DNA of 64,000 nt from Tubiluchus corallicola (taxonomy: Eukaryota; Animalia; Priapulida), in assembly GCA_030141605.1 (NCBI GenBank), contig JAQGDQ010000524.1, positions 1 through 64,000 on the forward strand. Direction: 5' to 3'. The stretch's first letter is position 1. Every line of letters begins with the position of its first letter. The translations under genes and the position numbers were made by a program. The notes under the pieces are model-generated. The model made no database searches and was not told the origin of the DNA. It saw only the letters and a list, made by a program, of their open reading frames with translations. Positions 52,907 to 64,000 of the stretch are shown one piece after another.

Positions 52907-54050
52907 AAAAAAGAAAGAAAGAAGGAAAGAAAGAAAGAAAGAAAGAAACAAACAAACAAACAAACAAACAAACAAATAAACAAACAAAGAAAAAAGGGTC
53001 AAAGACCCGAAAAAGTAAGGAAGGAAAAAACTAAAAGAAAGTAAGAAAAGAGTTTTAGATATTTTTGTGAATGATCAAATACGAACAAAAACAAATTTAA
53101 CACTAGAACTAAATGACGATGATTTTGTTTATTGTATTCACAAGACATTCGTATCCTAATATACAACAAAACATATGGAAATTTATTAATTACATAAAAT
53201 AAACCATTTTCAACAATTTGAACTAATACAGATTTTTTTCAAAAACAGCAGAATAAGTCAGCAACACAATGCAAAAACAAATTTTTGTCTTTAACTATTA
53301 ATATTTGAAACAATTGCAAAACGTCTTTGCAGTGTATTAAGATGAATATTTTTATTGTATTCATTAAAATCAACAACAAAATGCTGTACTTTATGTTTCG
53401 ATTAAAGTACACTGGTCAAGCTTCTGTTGGTACAGTAAAACAATGTACTGTACGTATTTCATTGTGACAATAAACAATGGTACTGGGCAATCTTCAGTTA
53501 TAACAATAAAAGAATGTACAGTATGTATTTCATTGCGACAATAAACACTGTACTGTACAATCTTCAGTTGTAACAATAAAAAAATGTACTGTACATATTT
53601 CGTTTTGACAATAAATGATGTACTGTACAATCTTCAGTTGTAACAATAAAAAATAAACTGTACCTATTTCATTGTGGCAATAAACGATGTATTGTACAAT
53701 CTTCAGTTGAAACAAAACAACAATGGGCTGTAGATATTTCGTTGTGACAATAAAACAATGTACTGCACGTATTTCATTGTGACATTAAACAATGTATTGT
53801 ACAATCATCAGTTATATTAATAAAATATTTTGCTTTAATTTTAACCAGAATCACGAAGTCATGTTTCGTGAATACCCAAATAAAATCAACGATCATATTA
53901 AAGTTAACAGTAAGATAAAACCTGAGCCTTTATAAGAAATGCTAGGATTATAGGAGATTCCCTCATTTTTTCTTCTCTTATATGCCTCTGTTTCCTTTTC
54001 CTCACCACCTCTTTTTCTTCGGGTATCTACTCTGCAATTTATGGGGCTGC

Positions 54051-54422
54051 CTATATTGATGGCACATCTACTTGTTCTACTTCTTCGCCTGATTGCTCTG
54101 CCGCCTCCCCTGCTGCTTCTGCAACGTCACCAGCCTGTTCTGCTGCAGCTGGAGGAGCTTCCCCTTCCGCTGCCTGTTCGGCTACCTCTGCCGCCGCCTC
54201 TACCACTTCTGCTTGTTCCTCTATGGCGTTTGCTTCCTCGACTTGTTCTTCTGCTACTTCTGCTACAACTTCGTTTCCAGCCTCTTCGGCAACTTCCTGA
54301 ACTTCCTCGGCATTTTCTGCTGCCGCTTCCGCAACGTCGCTTGCAGCTTCTGCCGCTTGTGCGGACGCTTCGGCGACTACTTGCTCCGGTGATTCTGATT
54401 CAGCTTCTCTCTTGCTCAATAC
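54051..54422 (-). CDS. Acidic Glu/Ala/Val-rich secreted protein, mirror copy, exon 2
   Basis: Identical translation to 23916-24287. Confidence 0.85.
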   Translation of the reverse strand, partial: VLSKREAESESPEQVVAEASAQAAEAASDVAEAAAENAEEVQEVAEEAGNEVVAEVAEEQVEEANAIEEQAEVVEAAAEVAEQAAEGEAPPAAAEQAGDVAEAAGEAAEQSGEEVEQVDVPSI

Positions 54423-55413
54423 CTGAAAAAGGCTGATTTTGTTCATTTCAATCATGGAATGTTTGGTTTTATACCAAACATCAACCTTATTATGTTATTG
54501 ATTTTACAAAGATATTCAGAAAACGTTATCTTAGAAAAAACAAGATTTTGGTCAAAATTAAAGATTTTATAGAACAATATTTTATTAATGCAACTGAATA
54601 TTGAATTATACATTGTTTCATTGTTACAATGAAATATCTACAGCACATTGTTTCATTGTTACAATGAAATATCTACAGCACATTGTTTTATTGTTACAAT
54701 GAAATATCTACAGCACATTGTGTTATTGTTACAATGAAATATCTACAGCACATTGTTTCATTATTACAATGAAATATCTGCAGCACATTGTTTTATTGTT
54801 ATAATAAAATATCTGTAGCACATTTTGTAAAAAAAATTCATTGTAACATTTGACATTGTCAGATTTTTTCGAAATTTTGACCATACGGCCTGCAGAAAAA
54901 CGTTCTAGCGGCGCCTGGTGTGACTCTCGAAAGGAGGTATATGCCTTTGTTCTGACGTCATCCATTATACTCTGCCTATAATCTTATAACTTTAATTCAG
55001 TAAAAGCCTGCTGCTGGCTTTGCTTCGTAAATGAGAACAATGTAGAATGTTCGCGCATTATTGATTAAAAGTGCATTTACACGCAATTTTTTTTGCGGGG
55101 CCTTTGCTAGTTGTTTATTATTGCAACAGAATATTGTACAGCATTTTATCTTTATTGCATGTGTGCAATATGCTACCTCATGCGTTTGCTAAAAAACAAA
55201 TGAAAGCTACGAATATAGTTAAATGTATCAACAAAATAGAACATAAAAAAATTTAAAAGATTTGAATAAATCTTTGTCGTTGTCACTGTCACTCTCGCTG
55301 TTGTTGTCGTCATCATTGCTGTGAAAGCTATAAATTATTCAATGAGTGTAGCTATTACTCCTTATGTTAACAATATTTATAGAATCACAATGCCAGAATA
55401 CATATTCGCTTAC

Positions 55414-55500
55414 CTTCTTAGCAGATACGGGACTGGCAGTTACTGAAATTACTGCAAAAGAGAAAGCCAAGAGCAACAGTGTTGAGCTGACTCTAACCAT
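55414..55500 (-). CDS. Acidic secreted protein, mirror copy, exon 1 (signal peptide)
   Basis: Reverse complement of 22838-22924; TATA at 55597-55591. Confidence 0.85.
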
Positions 55501-57084
55501 CTTGTCTGAATTCTGTGAAATCAGGAAGAACTTGTAGCAACTTCTTGCTGGCCGGCAGCAGAATAAATAATTTCAATCAGTCAAATTCACTTATATACCA
55601 AAGTTGTCTACCAACTGTTACATCCTACTGAGATTGAGTCACTCATTTGGTTTTAAGATAAACACAAATACCCGAATAATGTTTAGTAATAGAGCATGTG
55701 TCATCTGTTCTAGTTGAGGTGATTATGCTACAAGAGTTTCTTCACAGTATGACTCAGACTTTGGCAATATGGTTCCTTTTTGATTTAGGACATTGAATGA
55801 TGTGTCATCTCTTCCAATTGAGGTGATTATACTACAAGAGTTTCTTCACTGTATGACCCAGACTTTGGCAATATGGTTCCTCTTTGATTTAGGACGTTGA
55901 ACGACGTGTCATCTCTTCCAGTTGAGGTGATTATACTACAAGAGTTCTTTCACAGTATGACCCAGACTTTGGCAATATGGTTCCTCTTTGATTTAGGACA
56001 TTGACTGATGTGTCATCTCTTCCAGTTGAGGTGATTATACCGCAAGAATTTCTTCCCCGCATGTCCCATTTTCTGATAATATGGTTCATCTTTGGTTTAG
56101 GACACATTGTTGACATTTGACCTCGGTCACTAGTGAGTGGGTGATACAACTCACCCAGATTTGACTAAGTTGTGTCAATAATTTGACATGAGATTGATAA
56201 GTTTTCCAGAATGGAACAGGATGGCCTAGCTCATTACGAACTAGGAAACCTGAAGCCAAAGAGAAAATATAAAAGAATAATTAAGAGAAGAGGAAAAAAC
56301 TCAAATTCTTGGAGCTGGAGCCACAAAGAAAGTATTAAAGAAAAAAACGGAAGAAGAAAAAGAAGAATGTAGAAAAAAGGAGAAAAATGAAAAAGAACTC
56401 GAAGACTGAGAAAAAAGAAAATGACGAAGGAAAAGAAAGTTGAATTAAATACGACTAGCCATTTGTTACTAACCACATCTATCGTAACAACTGTACTGTG
56501 TAAATCTATACTCAGCCATTTGTTACTAACCACATCTATCGCAACAACTGTATTGTGTAAATCTATACTCAGCCATTTGTTACTAACCACATCTATCGTA
56601 ACAACTCTACTGTGTAAATCTATACTCAACCATTTGTTACTAACCATATCTATCGTAACAACAGGCCTGCGTAAATCTATACGCAGCCATTTGTTACTAA
56701 CCACATCTACCGTAACAGCTGTACTCAGCTTTATTATCATTATGCGGTAAGGAAGCAAAGATTTCGTTTTACACAATAGTTGACCTCATTTACTGCTAAA
56801 CGAAAATCAAAATAGATAAAAGCAATAGCAATTATAAAAATGTTACGCATGCGTAGGGCGACTGTAGATTTGCGGTGGAACTCTTGGTCAAGGGCGCTTA
56901 GTAGTGGGCAGCTGGACACTGGCACAGTACAGTGAAAATTTCTGGAACCTTGGATAGGTGATGTAATCGGTCAAGAACACGTGGGAAGCTTACGCTATCA
57001 TCTTAGGAACAAAACTTGAAATCAAACAAAGACTGGCTGCGTGCGTGCGTGCGTGCGTGCTCCGGAGAAAAACTCAAATATTAA

Positions 57085-57721
57085 ATCACAACCAGAGCAA
57101 ATAATAAACTGCAGGTCAAAACAATCTACTCTTTAAAATATTGAAAGGAAACATACTACTTTTAAATGACTTACGTGAAAGAATTATTATCACACAAACG
57201 CAATTTCACGTTCGTGTCACTAGTTCTTTACTGTTACGTGCATTTCGCCATTCGCTAGTTAGACGGGCGCCTCCATTTCGGAAATGCATTACACAGAAAA
57301 CAACTGCTGTACTTCTCAGTTCACATGTGTTAGTTTGTGACGAACTACACACGTTCAACAGCTCATGCTTGAGCACAACGGTAAATTTGAATTTTTATCT
57401 TAAAACTTGCCTAATGTTAGTACAAGACACTGAATATGTTACAGTAGCACTGTACTTCAATTTTAGCTTTCAAATACGTGCAAAACGCACGCGGAATATT
57501 TTTGCTGTTGAAAATTATGTTAGTTCGTGATGTCATCAACAGTTGGGTTCGCCCGTCGTTAATTAAGTCTTTAATCTATTATCTAATTATCAGAAACACT
57601 TTTGCAATACTAATTGTGTTGAAATGTATACTTTTCGTATGAAATGTTTCGCATGAAATTGTATGAAATGTTTAACGGACTTGAAAATGGGGTAGTACAT
57701 GAAAAATCATCTTCTCTTCGT
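57085..57721. mobile_element. Kolobok/T2-like MITE (mirror of 20618-21254)
   Basis: Reverse complement. Confidence 0.7.
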
Positions 57722-58249
57722 TTAATTTCATTACTTTTAATGATATTTGCTTTTGTTCAGCCGAGAGCATACGATAAAACAGCATTTATTATTAACTTAA
57801 TGTACCAATGTTAAAAAATCTTGTATTAATTTTTGAGTACGGATTTAAATTGGAAGTTTGTATGAGTTTATAAAAAATACGCATCAACTCTTACGAAATG
57901 GGAGAAGTTCTAACTGCACTAAGTTATGAAATGCCCCCCGGGGATGACAGGTCTTGAAAATGATTGAGATCATAGATAAACTGTACATGACGAGTTCTAC
58001 AAATAAGTGTTCTTTCTGACACAATACATTTATCATAGTGACACAGTTATGACAACGTAGGTCTATGACCTGTTAACAATTTCCCTAAATCACAGTGGCA
58101 GAGATCAGTGGAAGATTGATAATAACCAAAATCGTATATTTGTACAACGTACAAGAGTGGTGACATTGAAGCGTTTTAGCATAATTGTTATACAAGGTAC
58201 CCAGTTGGCTCTGTTGTGTGTGTGTGTGTGTGTGTGTGTGCGTGCGTGC

Positions 58250-58292
<43 letters not shown>

Positions 58293-58297
58293 CGTGC

Positions 58298-58455
<158 letters not shown>

Positions 58456-60103
58456 TTGAAAGAAAGAAATAAAGAGCAAATGAAAAGCAAGCAAAAAAGG
58501 AAAAGATGCTTATTATGACAATATAAACACAAATACTATTGTAATTTCGGAAACCTGCCAATTTTGCTTGACGTAGTTGCATATTACAAGTAGTGTGTAT
58601 GTTTTTTGTTAAATAAATAAATAAAAATAAAATTCGATTCGGATTCGAAATACAGTACTAAAATTCAGTTCGAGTCGAATTTGAACGTCACGAATTCGAT
58701 TCGATTCGAATGCTTTTTCTGATAGAGAATGTTTACTCCTTGTAAACAAACATGATTACCTGAAGTTTGCAAACATGTTAATCGTCGTTTTCAGAACAGA
58801 TTCAAACGGGTGGAAAAACTTCTAAGTGAACAAATACAGAAAAAGAAATTAATAAAAACACAAAACAGATTCACAGAAAAGTAAGCACACGTAAACAAAC
58901 ATTCCTTCTATGCAGTACACGTTTTGAGTCAACATGATCCATACTTCACACTGAATTATTATTATTATTATTATTCTTTATTTCAAAAACTATGTATAGA
59001 ATACATTCTCTCTATTTGTAGCGATATGTTTAAAATTTCTAAAAGCATTTACAACGTACTAAACCTATTCACATGTATATATAATTTAGTATCCAACGCA
59101 TGAGACACACTGAACGACAACGATCATATACAATATACACAGCTACAAATTATAATCCAACACTACATACATACATACATGCATACATAATAAAAGATAA
59201 AGAACACATTTTAATACTTAGTAACAAAAATTTGCACACATTATACAAACTGAAAAACAGCGACTACAACTATAATAAACATAATTACCAATTTTATCGC
59301 AAATTCACATGATCATAAATAAGAACAAAACAGCATATAGAAAAAACGACGAGAGACGATAGGAATTCATCCGAGATAAGATTGCAAAAGCATTTATAAA
59401 ATTATTATCTCGGCTAGAGAAAACATAGTCCATATCTAACGTAGGTAGAGTGCAAATAAAATGATTTTTTGGCTTGGTTTACTAATGAAATGATTTTATT
59501 TATGAAATGACACAGCATTTTTCTTTTGAAGACATCGTCATATGACATGACGAAAAGACTTTATAACTTCTTCTTGCAGGCTAAAATTTCTGCACGAAAC
59601 ATTATTTTTACAATCTTACACTGACATGGGGGTAATTCTACAATTTTACCTGTTACACATTCTGTAATTAGTTTCCAATATATGTTATGTAACATTGATT
59701 ACGTAAGGTTACACAAAGAGTTCTGAAACCAAAGTTACTAGCAAAGGCAGATTTCTGTCTATTAGCATAAAAATGCAGTAAAATTAATATGTAAAATTTT
59801 AAAATTATAAAACCCCAAAACAATTTTTAATTCCTCGATAAGACACAGCTAATAATTTCAAAAACTACACAAATTTAAGACGGCATAATTGGTTTAAATG
59901 TTTATTCTATTATTTATTGTGATATTGACAAGTTTATATTTTTAGACAAAAGTGGGGGTGTGGAAGTTTTCCAGAATTCACATTCATATTTGATATTGAT
60001 GAATTCGCATTTGTAGGGACGTGTTCATTTATGCGTTGTTTATTTAAGTGTGTGATTTGTTAACTGTACTTGTGTTTATGTTTGTAAAATAAGGCGTTTA
60101 TTA

Positions 60104-60188
<85 letters not shown>

Positions 60189-60198
60189 CTTGTTGTTA

Positions 60199-60269
<71 letters not shown>

Positions 60270-60902
60270 GTTGTTATTTAAAGAGGACTAGTTTGTTTAC
60301 TTTTCGAGACGGGGGGGTGAGCCTACAGCCCGCGCATACCTGGAGTTGCACGGCTTGCACGTGCTGATAGAGGAAGAATTTTAATATTCCGCGTGGATTC
60401 GAGACACACATTAAAGTTTTGAACTTTATCTATAACGAGGTTGACGTTTTATTACGAGTGGTGACAGGTCCCGAGTGGTCGACTGACTTACTGCATTTCT
60501 TGAAGATTAATAAAACCGGTTCCATGCGCGGGGTGCGCACCGTCGAAATGCCCGAAATCATGAAAAAGCGGGAAAAACCGAATCCTCTACACGTCACAAA
60601 GCGTTATTGGACAATGATACGAACTACAGTAGCTGATTCATACAATTTTTTTTATTTTGATCCCTGGAAATTCTTTTGAAGGGGCTCTGGAAGATCTTTT
60701 TCTCGTGGGCGGTGTTGTCGCCTTGTCGCTTTTGTTATATGGAACATTAGAGGCACAATGTTGGTCATCGCGCCTCGCTATGTACTTCACGGCCGCGGGC
60801 CAAAATTGACGTAACGAAGAAACGGACGATTCATAGCAGAAAGTGTTACGTTGTAAAAGAAATCTAGGAAAAAACCGCCTTCGAAAATTTAAATGGCGGT
60901 CG

Positions 60903-61004
60903 TATATAAAGCAATGCTTCCTGATGTGAGCAGTTAAACGAGATAGTGAGGTGTGTGAAAAGTGTCTTCGTGCAGTGCTAGTAGTCACTGTGTGTTCTGA
61001 TTTT
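60903..61004 (+). promoter_or_regulatory. Mirror TATA/Inr and non-coding exon 1 of the Gly-rich gene
   Basis: TATATAAAG at 60903-60911; donor GTAAGC at 61005. Confidence 0.55.
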
Positions 61005-61205
61005 GTAAGCATTTATTTACTAGTAAGTCTTCATGGTAGTAGAAGTTTATGTAAACTGTTCTATGCATTTGTAGGTACTTACGATTTCGTGCTACACTTA
61101 CGTTTGTACATATGTGACGCTTGCTGTAAATGAGAAATGCTTTTTTTAACAGATAAAAGAAGCATGAAAGAAAGGAGGTAAGGTGAAAAATGAGAGAAAG
61201 AAAAA

Positions 61206-61281
<76 letters not shown>

Positions 61282-61282
61282 C

Positions 61283-61389
<107 letters not shown>

Positions 61390-61868
61390 AAGAAAGAAAG
61401 AAAGGAAGGAAGAAAGAAAGAAAGAAGAAAGAAAGACATAAAGAAAGAAAGAAAAAAGAAAGAAAGAGAAAAAAGAATGAAAAAATAAAAGAATAAAAGA
61501 AAGAAAGAAATAAAGAATGAATGAATGAAAGAAAAGAAAGAATGAAAGAAACAGGGAAAGAAACTAACAAATTAACTCAGAAAACCGATTCTTCTTTATA
61601 GAACTAAAATATCGTTTATGATACATTAAGATATTTGTGCAACAAAAATTCAATACGTCCAAAATTACTCTAATGTTTCATTGTAATTTTTTAAGATGTG
61701 CATAACAGAAACTTGTCTGTTTATAATTGACACTTTTCTCTGAATTTCATTGCACATGGCGTCTATATCGAATTTGCAAATTTTCCACTGGAAGAAATAA
61801 CACAGACAGAAACCTGATATGTTTATCCATAGGCTTAGTTGCAGCGAGGCAGCTAAGATACAAACAAA

Positions 61869-61892
61869 ATGTCTTCGACACTTATTATATTA
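61869..61892 (+). CDS. Mirror start-codon exon (MSSTLIIL) of the Gly-rich gene; main exon expected just beyond the window
   Basis: Reverse complement of 16495-16518. Confidence 0.6.
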
Positions 61893-62377
61893 GTATTATT
61901 AATTATTATTATTATTAATTATTATTCATGTATTTATTATTTAATTGTTTACAAAATCCTCGTAATTTTTCCAGGTTACATTGAGTGATGAGACTGTTGC
62001 TAATTCTCTTTGGTATCAGCGCGGTGAGTTTCCATAATTTGTTAATGTCACTGCTTTCCTCGTAAAATAACAGTTTGCTATGTCAACATTTTAAGTAAGT
62101 TGTTTGGACTTGGCATAGCAGCAACTTGGCTACGTATTAATAGACATTGGCTATTGATATGTAAAACAACAGTTAGCTATGTCAACAGTTTAAGTAAGTT
62201 GTTTGGACTTGGCATAGCAGCAACTTGGCTACGTATTTTTGACATTGGCTATTGATATGTAAAACAACAGTTAGCTATGTCAACAGTTTAAGTAGGTTGT
62301 TTGGACTTGGCATAGCAGCATATTAATTGATTACAAAGTGACGAATCACAGGATTGTGGTCACTAATTATTTTTTTA

Positions 62378-63004
62378 AGCAAAACCGGACCCAATCTTAA
62401 ACTATAGGTCAAAACAATCTCCTCTTTAAAATATTGAAAGGAAACATTTCCAGAATGACTTATTAATAAAAGAAATGAATGAATGACAGAATTCTTACCA
62501 CACAAACACAATTTCGTATTCATGCCACTAGTTCTTTGCTGTTACATGCATTTCACATTTCCCTAGTTAGACGGGCGCTGGCGCCTGCATTTCGAAAACG
62601 CATTGCACAAAAACAGGTACTTTACCTTTCAGTTTAGACGTGTTAGTTTATGACGAACTGCACACGTTCGACAGTTCATGCGTGAGCACAGTGGTAAATT
62701 TGAAATTTAAATTTGAATTTAAAAAATACCTAGTTTTAGTACAACACACTGAATATGTTACTGTAGCACTGCTCTTCAATTTTCGCTTTCCCAAACACGT
62801 GCAATGCGCTCGTGGAATGTTTTTGCTGTTGAAAATTATGTTAGTTTGTGATGTCATCAATAGATGGACTCGCCAGCTATTAATTAAGTTTCTAATCTAT
62901 TATTTAATTATCAGAAACGCTTTTGCAGTATTATTGGTGTTAAAATGTCTACTTTTTACCGTACTTGTAAATGATTAGTGTATGATAAATCATCCTGTCT
63001 TCCT
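62378..63004. mobile_element. Kolobok/T2-like MITE (mirror of 15383-16009)
   Basis: Reverse complement. Confidence 0.75.
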
Positions 63005-64000
63005 TACATCGAGGCTTACTACGTACACAAGTCATTTATGTGGCTTCATATCATTGTAGTATAGCCAATCACGCTTGCAATACATCGTACACTAAAAATT
63101 TAAATAATTAATTGTGTTCTAATGATATTCTATACCATTCGAATATCAAACTAAAGCAGTTTGCCATTATAGTGACTTGCAAAGGGCAAACTATAATGAC
63201 ACATACTCTGTATATTGGATGTATCTTACCATCCATATTACAGCTAGTAGTGCAATTTCACACTTGCATTGTTTTTGAAACTCGCCCCTAGATGGCAGGC
63301 AAAACGTTCTTGTCACCATAGCAACGCCAACTTCAGCAATGCTCATTCCAGCAGCGTGAATCTACAGCGGGACAATGAACATAGGAGCTGCACGTCACAA
63401 ACACCATGGCAACCTTTTGTTCCTACTAAGCAGTGGCTTGCTGCTGTGTGAAATTTTACATTTTTTTTTTACAAATATCATTAGGGCACAGAAGGTTTAT
63501 GTCCAGCACTTGCACAAATAACATATTCTGGTTGATTATTTCATTAGCTATTTGAAGATGTTGCCTGTTTTTGTTTAAGTAGGAAAATAATTTAACTAGT
63601 TGAGAAAAATCCGCTGGTACTCCATGAAAACGCTTCATTTGCTGAACAAAACAACACAAAACACTGAATAAATTTACCCAAAACGCACAAAACCCGAAAA
63701 TGATCCTGACACGAGAATGTGATCTTTACAAAGCTTAAGAACCTTCCTTAATAAATCCTTTGTCTGGCAGTTTTTACCTGCAAATTCTCATTGTAACAAA
63801 ACTAACAAACGTTGTGTAAAAAGTAAAGTGTCTCAATGGCCACCAAGTTGATCATTGTAACAAAACTAACAAACGTTGTATAAAAAGTAAAGTTTCTCAA
63901 TGGCCACCAAATTGATCATTGTAACAAAACTAACGAACGTTGTGTAAAAAGTAAAGTTTCTCAATGGCCACGAAGTTGATCATTGTAACAAAACTAACAA

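Overview
AT-rich, microsatellite-dense invertebrate (animal) genomic DNA with spliced genes; no prokaryotic features. Genes, hand-spliced from GT-AG sites: (1) a complete oxytocin/vasopressin-type neuropeptide precursor on + (CFITNCPPG-GKR plus a 14-Cys neurophysin; exons 1877-2011, 4649-4853, 7300-7442). (2) A secreted ~536-aa Gly/Ser/Tyr-rich structural-type protein on - (coding 16518-16495 + 14237-12651, TATA near 17450). (3) A divergently transcribed, secreted, very acidic Glu/Ala/Val-rich 152-aa protein on + (22838-22924 + 23916-24287). (4) The 3' half (about TM6-TM12) of an OATP/SLCO transporter. The dominant structure is a giant inverted duplication: ~14390-38288 is the near-identical reverse complement of 39968-64000 (arms at least 24 kb, running off the window), around a 1.7-kb unique spacer. 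The spacer holds two OATP exons and a 9-copy tandem amplification of an OATP splice acceptor. The OATP gene has lost its 5' half at this fold-back. The palindrome may be a real fold-back inversion or an assembly/WGA chimera joining two haplotypes; sequence alone cannot decide. Interspersed repeats include Kolobok/T2-like, piggyBac-like and pogo/Tigger-like MITEs, CR1/L2-like and RTE-like LINE 3' fragments, and many mini- and microsatellites. All exon models are manual predictions without transcript support.
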